From Octopus sinensis (taxonomy: Eukaryota), in NCBI RefSeq assembly GCF_006345805.1, contig NW_021831677.1, forward strand, positions 1 through 40,849: a stretch of DNA of 40,849 nt. Direction: 5' to 3'. The first letter of the stretch is position 1. Every line of letters begins with the position of its first letter. The notes under the pieces are model-generated. The model ran no database searches and was not told where the DNA came from. It worked only from the letters and a program-made list of their open reading frames with translations. Shown here piece by piece: positions 1 through 13,208 of the stretch. The translations under genes were made by a program, and so were the position numbers.

Positions 1-446
1 GGAATACAATTCACGCAGAGACATCCACGTGTTGAAAAACAATATACGAGTGAAGTGCATGTTGCCGTTTTAGATAGCTTTACCTTTGTCAATTACGGCC
101 ATGCTGTAGTGTCGCTTTTATCTGTTTTCTATGTGTGTATAATTGATGTGAGTGTGTATATGTGTAAATGACGGAGATGCGCAAAAGGCGATCGAGAGAA
201 TATTCGCTCATGTATTCAAGCGTGTATATGAATATGTACAGAATGGTAACTGAGTGAGCGAGAATGTATATTATACAAACATGCGCGCATGCTGAAATGC
301 ATGCGTGCGCTATGTTTGTGTGTATATATACATGTATATGTATATATATATATACATATGTATATATATATATATACATACATATATACATACATATTAT
401 ATGTATATATATATATACATACATACATATATACATACATAATATT

Positions 447-522
<76 letters not shown>

Positions 523-780
523 CTATATATATATATTATACCTTCTGGCTGGTTTTGGATAGTTATAAAAGCAAGAACTCCGTAAGCTAAAAGCCAGTTA
601 GTGAGCGCGACTATCAGTGAGTGTGAACGGACAACTAGAGTCATGGTCACAAGCAGGTAGCCGCTGGATACCAAACGACCAGAGGGGGAAAAGAAAGTTA
701 CAATCAACGACTATGCGAGACAATTTCTCACCACTCTCACTTTCACTGACTCACTTTCTTTTCTCTGCAACATTACCATG

Positions 781-848
<68 letters not shown>

Positions 849-1168
849 CTCTCTCCTCTCTCCCCTCTCTCTATGCTACCATGAAATCGTGTACACTTAT
901 ATACAGGCCGAAATTAACTCTGGCATGCTTTACGAACTGTGTTATACTATTACACTAGCCTACCCGTTGTGGCATGGTATATATTAAAGTAACGGTAAAT
1001 GAATTTTTCTTTACAACCTCGATCACTGTTCTTCCATCTTGCATACTCGCAAACAACAACTTAACAACAAATACCAACCGTTACAATTGGTGACGAATCC
1101 GACGTTCCTGCCTATTGTTTATGAATTATTCTTAACAGTTATATACATACATATATATATATATATAT

Positions 1169-1205
<37 letters not shown>

Positions 1206-1233
1206 TATATTTTATATAAATATATATATGTGT

Positions 1234-1324
<91 letters not shown>

Positions 1325-1325
<1 letters not shown>

Positions 1326-1393
1326 GACGGTATCTTTCAGCTTCCATCTACCAAATCCACTCACAAGGCATTGGTCGGCTCGAAGCTATATAT
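1325..1393 (-). mobile_element. Family B SINE internal fragment
   Basis: CTACCAAATCCACTCACAAGGCATTGGTCGG matches the family B middle region. Confidence 0.8.
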
Positions 1394-1400
1394 AGTTATA

Positions 1401-1464
<64 letters not shown>

Positions 1465-2968
1465 GTATGTATGTGGTGTGTGTATGTATGTATGCATGTG
1501 TGTATGTATCTATGTATGTAGCTACGTACGTATGAATGCATTTCTGTGTATGGGTATGCGTGTATATATGTAAATTTGCGTGCGTTTATGTACGTGTATG
1601 TATATGCACGCAGGTATCGTAGGGAGTGTGCGCGCGAGCGTATCTGTGCGCATGTTTGCAACCATAAGAATTGGACGTTAATCGATAATCGATAACGATG
1701 TTTGAATTCTCTTCTTTCTTTGCTGAAGAAGGAAAATAAGAGGGGGCAAGTGAAGAAAAAAGATGATTACCGATGTTGTTGGTGTTGTTACTGATGGTGA
1801 TGTTGGTGGTGGTGGTGGTGGTGGTGGGGTGGTTTTAGTATGGGGGCGAATATAAGAATGTAGCATAGTAAATGATGATAGTGATGATGATGATGATGAT
1901 GATGATGTTAAAAAATCAGTTACTACACGGTCGATACATGCCACGTGGTTCACCTTCCACTATGTGGCGATGGCCACGTGGAGGAGCTACATATATCAGA
2001 TAAGAGGCGGCGGCTTCTCCTATTTCGACTAATTACCACTACCACTACCATCACCACTACCACAACCACCACCACCACTACTACTCCTACTAACTACTAC
2101 TACTACTACAAGCACCACCACCACCACCGCTACCGTTACTATTACTATTGATTCTACCAGCACTACCACTACGACGACTGCTACACCTCCCACCAACACC
2201 CCTAACAACAACAACGACAACAACCAGCATTGTTCGGTCATCGTTTACCTTGGTTTTCCTTTGAGCTTTCTCTCTCGTTTTTTTCTTACCATTTCTCTCT
2301 TTCTTTCTCTTTTTTCTTTCGTCTCCACCCCCTCACTTCACTTATTTAATTTACTTTTCTAATTAAACTCTCAGAAAAGCAAATATATTCGAATAGTAAA
2401 ATCGGCGGAGCAACAGAGCAGTTGGAGGTGAAATTGGTAATAGGTATGAGAGTGGGGGCTGGCAGGAGACGGAAAAAATACCTTGTGGTATTTTGTTACA
2501 TCCCTTCATATTCTGGCAGTGCTGATCAACTCAATATCAGTCAGATATTGCTTCTTCACTCCCCATTCATTAGGCTTTAGTCATGGGAGCGAAGAAAGTC
2601 TGTGGCCCTTTTCAGGTACGCTGTTTTGGAAATGGGAAGAGAGGACGAAACCCTACTTCAGGTTTTGCTATCGTTAAAGAGCAGAAAGTCGTCCGGTGAA
2701 TGAAGAGCTAGTCTGGATCTTCGCAGTAGAGTGGTCTCTGCCAAGTGTCACCAGTGCCCAGGTGAAAGAGAACTGTATAACTACCAGTCATGTTCGGGGA
2801 TCGATTTAGTTGCGAACGCCTTCCACTGTCTTCTATAATATGTAACCTTTCGACAATTTGGAAATGAATGCAAAATCAAATCTAAAAAAGAGAGGAAAAG
2901 AAATAACGGACCTTATTTAATGAATTAGATCTGCTATCACATACACACACACACACACGCACATGGGG

Positions 2969-3120
2969 CCGGCTTCTTTCAGTTTCCGTCAGCCAAATCT
3001 ACGCACAAAGATTTGAGCGGCTCGAGGCTATAGTAGAAGTCACTTGACTGAGCTACTTGGTTGTGGGACTGAAACGGGAACGACGTGGTTGCAAAGCCAG
3101 TTTCTTACCACACAATCACA
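2969..3120 (-). mobile_element. Family B SINE 5' half, diverged
   Basis: GGCTTCTTTCAGTTTCCGTC...GAGGCTATAGTAGAAG...GGGACTGAA...CTTACCACAC. Confidence 0.85.
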
Positions 3121-3529
3121 CTGCAGTAAAATGTTAGAGAGAGGGAGATTGTAACATGGGTTCGAATCCTTTGCTGAAGTCATTTCATTTTTACTGCTGA
3201 AGTCCTTGGCAAAGAATTAAACGACAAGTCACGTGTTCCCTCTCTTACTTCATTAAATATATGACTTTGTGTTGCAGGCAACCACCATTCCTCCTCCTCC
3301 CCCTCCTCCCAGTACCATACCATCACATTTTCCGATACAGTTTTGGTATTAATGGTGTCGAGAAACACAAAGATGCTATTCCCATCGCATCCATTTCATA
3401 AGAAATCTCGAGAGTTTGTGTTTACACGAGAAACCATTAATAGTGTTTGTTGTTATTTGCCACAGGGGCAGCATCAGATGAGGGGGAACATTAATACTGT
3501 TTGTTTTCTTCTAACGTGTGTATGTGTGT

Positions 3530-3560
<31 letters not shown>

Positions 3561-4319
3561 GAGGGGGAAGGATTAGATAAACGTTGACTGAAGCTTTGAG
3601 ATCCATCATTATATTTATATTCCTTACCAAGAAGAAGAACAAGAAGAAAAAGAAGAAGAACAACAACAATAACAACAACAACAACTGCAGCAATAACAAA
3701 TTTAGTGACGATGTGTTCTAAATGCTATCATTTTTTTACGGTTTGCCAATTCCCAATATCAACGTGGCACATGACGTAGGTTTAGTTACAGACACAGTTC
3801 TTCATAACCGACAACAAAACCACTAATGATATTCTAACAACAACAACACCACCACCACCACCACCACCACCCCACCATCACCACCTCTACCAACAACAAT
3901 AGTAATAGGAATGCCAACGACATTACTAACTATAATTTAACAACAACAACAATAATAATTTTCGATATTTTCCCATGATCTTAAACATTTGGAGACGAAT
4001 ATAATCAGTTTAAGGATTAGGAGAGTCGATGGTATCGATATGTAGAAGGCGGAAGAGCTGTGCTACGAGGCTTACAGGACATCCTACACCGGTTCGATCC
4101 TGGCTGTGGTCAACCTTGTTGTTTTGAGCTGATAGCTGCGATATCAGTGGGTGGGAAAGGGTGGTGGCTAAGAATCCAGAAGGATCAACATTATTAACGG
4201 AAGGATTGAGTAAGCGGTTCGAGTGTAGGGTAGTCGGGGAGGTCTGTGGAAACAAACAAGTGGGAAGTGGCTGAGTGTAGGTGGCACTGGGGAGGAGGGG
4301 CCACAGTAGCAGTGGCACA

Positions 4320-4490
4320 AAAGGCAAAGAGTGTGGATACAGCAAATTTGTGAGCCAGAGTTTGGAGTGTATTTGTGAATGGCTTCATAGCAATCTGTCA
4401 GATGACGGTTCTTTGGATCTGGTCTACCTTTACTTCTGTTGAGTAACAATTCCAGATGTGCGAGTGACACTCCATTAGGGATCCCGCCTA
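4320..4490 (-). pseudogene. Possible Penelope GIY-YIG C-terminal remnant
   Basis: With small indels reads GSLMEC..H...DPKNRHL-QIA-EAIHKYTPN..SQ..IHTLCL, similar to the PLE end motif RRLQIAEAIHI..PxLNSQ. Confidence 0.4.
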
Positions 4491-4628
4491 ATTTTTTAGA
4501 GGATTATTAATTGGTTAGGGACGTACTTACAGGAGAAAATCAACCCTAGTGAGAGGAGAACGTATGTTTGAGCTCGATGGGACAGGAATTCAGTATTACA
4601 GGACCCAGAAATAAATATTTAAGATATG

Positions 4629-4656
4629 GCTTACGGCCATATCACGTTGAAAGCAC

Positions 4657-4685
<29 letters not shown>
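4629..4685 (+). pseudogene. 5S rRNA pseudogene fragment (5' ~57 nt, truncated inside box A)
   Basis: GCTTACGGCCATATCACGTTGAAAGCACCGGTTCTCGTCCGATCACCGAAGTTAAGC matches the 5' half of invertebrate 5S rRNA from position 1. Box C and the 3' half are absent. Confidence 0.93.
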
Positions 4686-4686
<1 letters not shown>

Positions 4687-4687
<1 letters not shown>

Positions 4688-4888
4688 AGAGAGAACAAAC
4701 AAAGACAGACAAACGGATAAAGCCGATTACATCGACCCCAGTGCGCAATTGGTATTTAATTTATCGACCCCGAAAGGATGAAAGGCAAAGTTGACCTCGG
4801 CGGAATTTGAACTCAGAACGTAACGGCAGACGAAATACGGCTACGCATTTCGCCCGGCGTACTAACCATTCTGGCAGCTCGCCGCCTT
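4687..4888 (-). mobile_element. tRNA-derived SINE, family A (3'-truncated at the 5S junction)
   Basis: The reverse complement begins AAGGCGGCGAGCTGCCAGAATGGTTAG (A box-like) and has GAGTTCAAATTCC (B box) and the core GTCAACTTTGCCTTTCATCCTTTCGGGGTCGATAAA. Closely matches other copies in the window. Confidence 0.92.
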
Positions 4889-5412
4889 ATTCTGCGAATC
4901 AACTACCATTAAACAATATTAACGAAAGTCAAGGTTTACACACTGAGAAATCATGGGCTGAGTCTATAGTAGAATCCTTAGAAAATTACAGGTTAAGAGA
5001 AAAATGACTGGTGAACATCCATCCGATGTTAATCTGCGAAGGGTAATTTGTTAAGTTACCCACCAGGACTGTGTGCGCCAGAGCGGAAAAGAACATTCAA
5101 ATGTAATACAAAATGTCGATCTCTCGTAAACACGTGGACTAATTCGTCTCCATTAAACTTTCTGCTTTCGCTCTTATCGCTCACTCTCTCTTTTTCTCTC
5201 TCTCTTTTACTCACTCTCCACTATTTATGAAGGACAAATATATACTCGAATATACGCTCTCACAGATATGTATAAGCGTATGTATATATACACACATACG
5301 GACCACACAAGCGCACACACATATACATATATTTATATGTTCATGTATATGAGTATGTATGTATGTGTGTTTGTGTGTATGTGTGTGTGTGTGTGTAACC
5401 CATTTACACTAA

Positions 5413-5456
<44 letters not shown>

Positions 5457-6097
5457 GTGGTGGTATATTTACTTGCTACGAAGTAAACAAAGGCAACTTT
5501 TTGTTAGATGACAACGAGATGCCGTAAATTATAGGATTAGCTCGTTCTTAGATGGAGCAATGAAAAGATAATATAGAAATATGTGAATATTTAGGACAAA
5601 TATACTTTTTTAAAAACAGGGTCTTGATTAAAAAGGGAAAGCCATTGAATTAATAGGTAAATTTAATTCGTGATTGATTTGTTGCTAAATAACACCTTTC
5701 GCTATTGATTCTGGTACATGTAGCCATTATCGGAATAATCCTTTCCAATCGAAGGATTGTTTGAAGGAAGGAATGAAAAAGATTTAAATACAGGGACTTT
5801 CAGAAATACTCCCACGCATGCACACGCATATGGGCACACACATACATGGAAACGTATGGATACACGCATACATGCCTAACACGCATACGTAATCGTGTGC
5901 GCATGTGCATTGCATTCCATCGCCATTCGGCATATGAGTCTGTGATCCTTTAGGCGATGTTGTGAAAAATGGCGGAAGAAGTTATGTATACATTCCACTA
6001 TCTTCACACACGCAATTGCAACTATACCTATACACATACATACACCTCACACACACACATTTATGCATACCTACAAGCATATATACTTACATCTATC

Positions 6098-6130
<33 letters not shown>

Positions 6131-6140
6131 ATTTTTGTAC

Positions 6141-6215
<75 letters not shown>

Positions 6216-6304
6216 TATATACACACACATATATATACATATATATATACATTTATATATATATATACATGGTGGTTTCTCGTAGATACCCTAATTTATA
6301 ATCT

Positions 6305-6357
<53 letters not shown>

Positions 6358-6829
6358 ATATATATAGACACACATATTAAATGCACATGCCTAGCATCTT
6401 TACCATACCACCAACAGAAATAGGTCAATATTGTGCACAACCCAGCTTTTTGTGCCATACCCCAACCCATCACAATTTATGGCACATTGTTGCAGGCATT
6501 TAGATATAACTCTATATTCCTAGAATGGTGAGTTTTCATTCTAATGGCAGAGCACCTGCGTTCTCTATTCTCTATCTCAGCTAACAACCCCGCCCCAAAA
6601 AGACACACACACACGCTACACCACTATTACTGAACCCCCGCCCTACTGCATTCACTCCAGTTTGAAGTTCATCCCTTCCTTCTGCGACTACTGCTCCCGG
6701 CCTTAACTGCTATTTTTGTTCCTCTTCCGACCGAGTTATGACAACTCCTTTTAACAAAAGACTAATAGCTTCCATTAGGCCACCTTACTGGTGTAAGCCA
6801 TTGCACTGTTATCAGCAGCAATGGCTGTT

Positions 6830-7004
6830 GCAACAACAAGAACAACGGTAACAACAACAACAACAATAAGCAGCAGAAGATGTTGCCGCAGACTTTACAG
6901 TCTAAAGAGTAAAGTTAGCAGCAGAAACGGCAGTTGTAGCTGCAGCTTGATGCAAATACATCAATAATATCAACAGCAGCAGCAGCAGCAACAATAGAAG
7001 TAGT

Positions 7005-7073
<69 letters not shown>

Positions 7074-7430
7074 TCATCAGTTGTAATGAGCAGCTGAGTT
7101 GGTAACAGCAGCAGTAATATATGCAGCAGAGGCAGCAGCAATAGTTGCAGTATCTGCAGGGATGATTGCAGTAACGACAGCAGCAATAATTGCAGCGGCT
7201 GCAGGGATAATTGCAGCATCGGCAGCAGCAGCAGTGGTAGTAGCAGAAGATGTCTCAGCAGCTGGAGTGAAACTCTAGCAACAAGCTGAACTCCATCCGA
7301 TGCAGCAAGAGTTGTTGTAATATCAACCATATATCAACCAAATATAGAGGCAGTAGCAGCAGCAGTAGCAGCAGCAGTAGCAGTAGCAGTAGCAGTAGTA
7401 GTAGTACTAACGGCAGCAGTAAATGCAGTC
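6830..7430. repeat. Degenerate (CAG)/(TAG)/(CAA) trinucleotide region
   Basis: Long CAG and TAG runs; the poly-L ORF on the minus strand is a by-product. Confidence 0.85.
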
Positions 7431-7619
7431 TCCCTGTTGTAGCATGTAAAAGAATTGTTCGGAAAGTTTCTTCGGAAATCTTGCAATATTTGATAACGCC
7501 ACACTACAACATTTCCACTGCCACTCTACAACACTAGTTCCACACTGCAACACTGCTCTACACTGCAACACTCCATCAATACTGCATTAACACTCTACTT
7601 ACACTTCTATATTCTAGAC

Positions 7620-7972
7620 CAGTGGTTCTCAATTGGGGTCCGTATGGCCCGTGAGGACCACATAAGATATTTGGGGTTCAACGCAACAAAATATCAAATT
7701 GGGCATCGGCAATAATATTCTAAGGGTCCCTGAAAAAATTTGCTTTAGATGTTTGTATTGGTGTGCATTGCAAGAAACAACGAGGTTCCTTTCTGTAACC
7801 CTTTGTGTAGTTCAACCAACAAAATATGTGGAAAGCAAAATAGGTGAGTCTTGAAGGAAACTTCTTCTATAAAACTAGATTTTAAGCATCGAATGGCTAT
7901 AAGGATCTACCAGGATAAAATAATAATCAAAAAGGGGTCCATAGATTTTTTTTAAATGGTTGAGAACCCTTC
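7620..7972. mobile_element. hAT (Charlie/MER5-like) MITE
   Basis: TIRs CAGTGGTTCTCAA / TTGAGAACC. Flanking 8-mers TTCTAGAC (7612-7619) and CTCTACAT (7973-7980) fit a decayed NTCTAGAN TSD. Confidence 0.75.
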
Positions 7973-8044
7973 CTCTACATTATCTACTAAAAGTTTTCTA
8001 TATTACACCACAGCACTAATACGATGACGGTATTATTGCTACAT

Positions 8045-8288
8045 AGGCGGCGAGCTGGCAGAAACGTTAGCACGCCGGGTGAAATGCTTAGCGGTATTTC
8101 GTCTGTCGTTACGTTCTGAGTTCAAATTCCGCCGAGGTCGACTTTGCCTTTCATCCTTTCGGGGTCGATAAATTAAGTACTAGTTACGCACTGGTGTCGA
8201 TGTAATCGACTTAATACCTATATCTGTCCTTGTTTGTCCCCTCTATGTTTAGAGGTAATAAAGGGTAAGAAAGGGTAATAAAGAAATA
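8045..8288 (+). mobile_element. tRNA-derived SINE, family A, full length with 16-bp TSD
   Basis: A/B-box head and family-A body. GGTATTATTGCTACAT is duplicated at 8029-8044 and 8289-8304. Confidence 0.95.
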
Positions 8289-9001
8289 GGTATTATTGCT
8301 ACATTAAACTATCACCGCCTTACAACTCCAGGACGCTAAACGAACTTTTTCACTCCACAAACGTTTTATAATTCAGCTACAAACGTCACTCACTCTTACG
8401 ATTTGCGCTTCTCAATTCCTCTCTGTTCATCATTGATTGTCTGAACAAAAGAAAAAACTGATTTTATTCTGTGAGACCTAACTCCAGTTAAATGTGGGCC
8501 TAGAGGAAACTATCAGACACCACTGTAGTATAAATCAACCAAAATACCCAGTATTCGGTAAGGTGATAGGATTTTAACTAATAACTGCTATACAACAAAT
8601 CTGCCCTCCTCTGCAATAGACATAATAAAATAAGCGAAGACTAAGCATTCCATGTTTTATCTGAGACGGTGAGTGGCCAGAAAGACTGAAAATCGTAATA
8701 TTTGTATTACCATCGTTACAGCTAACTTTTCTTAAATCCCGCCTATTTTGAATCGCCAATTCAACCCCAGAGATATCGATAAAATATCGATGCTAACTCT
8801 GCTGTGGTGTTGATTCAATCGTCGGTACCTCTTCCTCGCACCAATTTGTGCTTTTATCTTCATTAAGTGAATCAATAACTAATAGATGGTATGGTCACGG
8901 ATGGAGCACATGTGAATAAAGGTTTGCTGTATGGTGACTGATTCAGGATTTAACACTAGTAATAGCATTACTACAAAGTTAAAATTGTTTAGAATACACG
9001 A

Positions 9002-10174
9002 CTTAAATTAGTTAATAATAAAATGACAAGTTGATTCAATATAGAATCGAAACCGTTTCTCAGTTTTAACATAATAGTTGCTTTTATTACACAAGGTTAG
9101 AGAATAGAACGCTACGACATCTTATTTCCCTCTTTGTGTTTCTTTATATTTCTTGCGGAATCTCTATTCAGTCAAATATATCGACCCAGCTAGATACCGA
9201 GGTTCCGATTTCGAGTCTTGCCTGAAGTTTCTTCGCTTAATTTGCGTTAGTTGAGTATTTCGGAAATGTATGAAAGCCACCACATCCTATGTCGGACGTA
9301 CGACAGTAATACAAATATGCAGCCTCAACAACAACGACGCTGAGAGTATCCAAACTAACTACAACAACAGCATCAACATCACCTGCAGCAACAAAAAGGG
9401 TAGTGGTTAATGTGATAGCAGCAACAATATTAACACCAGCAGCAACAGCAGCAGTTGCTGCTGCTAAAAGTGCAATCTTAGATGCAGCAGCAGCAATATA
9501 TATGTATTATCAGCACCAGCAACAGTAATTTCAGTCGATGGAATAGCAACAGAAAGGAGAGTTGTAGCAGCAGCAATAACGACAGCAGCAGATATCAAAA
9601 TGCAACAGCAAGAAACGGCAAGAGCAGGTCATCAGCAACAGCAGCAGCAGGTCGATATCGACAGCAGCAGATCAGTGCAAACGGCAGCTGACCAATAACG
9701 ACAGCAGCAGATCAATACTGGAAATAACAGATCAATAGCAACAGCAGCAGCAGGCCAATATAAAATGCAGGTCATTAGCAACGGCAGAAGATCAATACCA
9801 GCAGTAAGAGTTCAATATCAACAGCAGTAGATTGATACCAGCTGTATCAGGGTCGATATCAGCTGCAGCAGATCAACTGCAAAATAATGAATCGATAGCA
9901 CGAGCGGGAGATCAATAACAACGGCAGCATAAAGGGCCACGGTAGAGTCTCTCTCCCTTTTGTCAACTTGCTGGAGATAACAGCCAAATCTCCGTCAAAT
10001 AACTCTCTACCATCTTAAAAAGAAAGACAGATTCGCTAATGTATTCCTATATAGACTAAGTCAAAGTTAACATTCAGAATGTTCACGGCTGAAACTCCAT
10101 TTGATCATAGAAAATATACCTAGGGCTAAACAGCAACAGCATTCTGTAAAATAGAATAACTATGACATCATGTA

Positions 10175-10210
<36 letters not shown>

Positions 10211-10461
10211 AAACAATCTTAGCAGAATCTCCTACACAACAACAACAACGACAAGAAACTACAAGTGGCAAATGTAGGGAAGTGAGAAATTCCAGTTAGA
10301 TTTACTTCCGTAACGAGGAGAATTAAGAAAAGCAGGGGGAGACAAATACATAGCTTAAATTAGTTAATAATAAAATAATGACAAGTTGATTCAATCTGGA
10401 ATCGAAACCGTTTTCTCAGTTTTAACATGAAAGTTGCTTTTATTACACAACGTTAAAGAAT
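9002..10461 (+). repeat. ~105-bp direct repeat pair (9002-9105 and 10354-10461)
   Basis: CTTAAATTAGTTAATAATAAAAT...GACAAGTTGATTCAAT...GAATCGAAACCGTTT...CAGTTTTAACAT...AGTTGCTTTTATTACACAA occurs twice with few differences. Confidence 0.9.
9626..9929 (+). repeat. Degenerate 20-bp minisatellite (consensus ~AGATCAATAGCAACAGCAGC), about 15 units
   Basis: Units can be phased by eye, e.g. AGATCAGTGCAAACGGCAGC, TGACCAATAACGACAGCAGC, AGTTCAATATCAACAGCAGT. Confidence 0.75.
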
Positions 10462-10713
10462 CAAACAGATGGAACAATAGCTTCTCGGAATAATAAACTT
10501 GCTTTTAGTTCCGAACAATGTGGTGGTGGTGGTGGTGGAGGAGCATTTCCAAAGAGAATTACCATTCTCAAAGGAAGTCTTTGGAATCATTGTTTACCAT
10601 ATTTACGAAGTCACCTGCAAGGGACAACTATATTTTATATGGCCTTCGGCTCCAAATATCATTTGTTTTATATATATATATATAATATATATATTATATA
10701 TATATATACCACA

Positions 10714-10745
<32 letters not shown>

Positions 10746-10951
10746 CACATACACATACATATACATATATATATATATGTTATATATATATATATACATA
10801 TTTGTATATGTATATATATTGTATATACATATATTCATATCTGTATATATGTATATATATATGTATATATAGATATATGCATATATGTATATATAAAATA
10901 TATATATTATATACATACATATACATATTATGTATATATAAATATATAGAA

Positions 10952-10992
<41 letters not shown>

Positions 10993-11754
10993 CATACATA
11001 TATATATATATAATATATATATATAATATATATATATATATATACAAACATATATAAATGTATATATATGTATATATATATATACATATGCGTATGTTAT
11101 ATGTTTACAGAAGATTGTTGAAGTAAAATGGTAAAACAAGGGGGGAACTAGTGATGGTTGTGTGTCAGCGAATGGTGACAGAACTAATTCCAACAATAGA
11201 AGCCGGGTGAGAGTGGAGGACAATTCTAACGCTCGCCATGGAATCGATCGCTGGAGACGACACATCAAATGCTTATTGATTTTCTAAAATATGAATTATC
11301 CCTCCCCCCCTCCAATATATTTATACTGCATTACTTTCCCTCTCTAATCTCTCCTCATTCTTTTGTCTCCTTTCTAACGTATCACCTTTCCCCTTCACTC
11401 TTTCCCTCACTCCCACACCCCCTCTCTCTCTTTCTCTCTCTCATTCTCTTTCTGTCCTAAATATTTGATTTCTCATCCTCCTCACGCCCCACACCAAATA
11501 TTCTATTGTTTGTACATATTACTCTTTTCATGTTTATGCGTGTGTGTGTGTGTGTAGGCGTGTCTGTGTTTATTTATTTATCTATATATATATATTATTA
11601 TATATGCTCTGTACTCCTACGTGTGTGTGTGTGTGTGTGTCTGTATGTCTATGTGTGTGGCTGTGTAAAGAATGGTGTCATCCTGCTAATGCAAAATGTC
11701 AAGAAGGCCTCGAGAATGGCTGATAGAGTGAAATATCATTCATCAATTATGTGC

Positions 11755-11910
11755 AGTCATGGCTCTGGGGGTTGATTTCACTTGACAACTACGTGGTTCC
11801 GGGTTCAGTCCCGCTCTGTGACACATTGTGCAGGGGACTTCTACATTCGCCTGGGGTCCAGTTACATCGGGAGAGAAATTTAGCAGACGGAACTTGTACA
11901 GAAAGGGTCA
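11755..11910 (+). mobile_element. Old family B SINE 5' half
   Basis: GTGGTTCCGGGTTCAGTCCC...GACTTCTAC...AGACGGAAC, heavily diverged. Confidence 0.7.
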
Positions 11911-12307
11911 TACATACATGCATGTATGCATACATACATACATACATACATACATACATACATAATACATACATACATACATACATACATACGTACGTAC
12001 ATACATACATACATACATGCATACATACATACATACATACATACATACATACGTACGTACATAGAAATAAAAATACCCTGTTGTTGATGTTGAAATTCCA
12101 ATGAAGGAGCGTTGGATCTAGGATAGAAACCGGCTCTTTCTCTATTGGCAAGAAATCTTGAAATAAAACTTAATAATGTCATTCATACATACATACGTAC
12201 GTATGTACGTACGCAGAATGTATCTATATAACGTTCTCACATATACATACATACGTACAAAAGTATCTATATAACGTACACATAGACAAACACACAGTCA
12301 CACACAT

Positions 12308-12350
<43 letters not shown>

Positions 12351-13208
12351 AAGATGAGTTTTATATAATTATATATAAATTCTGAAAAGTGCGAAGACAT
12401 GTGTGTAGCGGTGTGTCACAACAGTAAGTTCAAAGCCATGCTGTGTTCATGTTATTCCTGAAGAGATGAAAGGAAAGAAGAGTGGAAGGGAAGGGGAGGC
12501 TAGTCACAGTGTTGTCACTTCATCTGCAGCCAGGGCGAATCACTTTGACGTAACCAAAACTTGTGGTGTGCTACCGTCTGCACAAAGAGATTCTTTCTTT
12601 CAGAATGTCTTTTTTTTTTCTTTTGGAGAAGGGCATGATCTTGCAACAGCGGCATATTGAGCAACGAACTGCTACAAACCTACATGGAACATGGCTGTGA
12701 GTAAACTTGAACGTTATCTGATCCCGTCTTGGAAGTGAGTCTTAGTGCATCACGCCATTTGACTCTGGGTTTCTTTAGGCAAATCGCTTCTGTTGAAGAA
12801 ACTCAAACCCGATTTCTGGTGTTTGGGGTAACTCAATACTTGCTACAGTAGTAAACGCATTGGTTGGGGTTCCTCAACACCTCCTTTCCTTTCATCTCCC
12901 TAGGAAGATGGCCCCGTCTGTTGCTGCCCCGCTTTCTCCTCTCCCTCCTCCAACCAAAACCATTATATATGTGAATGGGTGTGCACAAATGTATCTATAT
13001 AACACACTCACACACACACACACACCACACACACACACACACACACTCACACACACATACTCACACAGATATATAAACATATATATGAATATATATGCGT
13101 GTATGTGTATGTACGTATACACACAAACACTCACACAGAGAAAGGAAAGATAGAAGGTTGACCCCTAATAGCGAACATAAAGGCTTTCCTTTCTTTCTCT
13201 CCATTTTC

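Noticed and set aside
3150-3180. tRNA gene suggested by GGGTTCGAATCC (also GGTTCGATCC at ~4091)
   Set aside because: No A box at a suitable spacing or cloverleaf was found; these look like isolated B-box-like words.
4629-4685. Functional 5S rRNA gene
   Set aside because: Only ~57 of ~120 nt are present; box C and the terminator are missing.
6902-7330. 142-aa Leu-rich membrane-like ORF
   Set aside because: It is the antisense reading of CAG/TAG repeats.
8590-8680. Possible RTE LINE remnant (NLPS..DIIK*RRL)
   Set aside because: Similarity is too short to support without a profile search.
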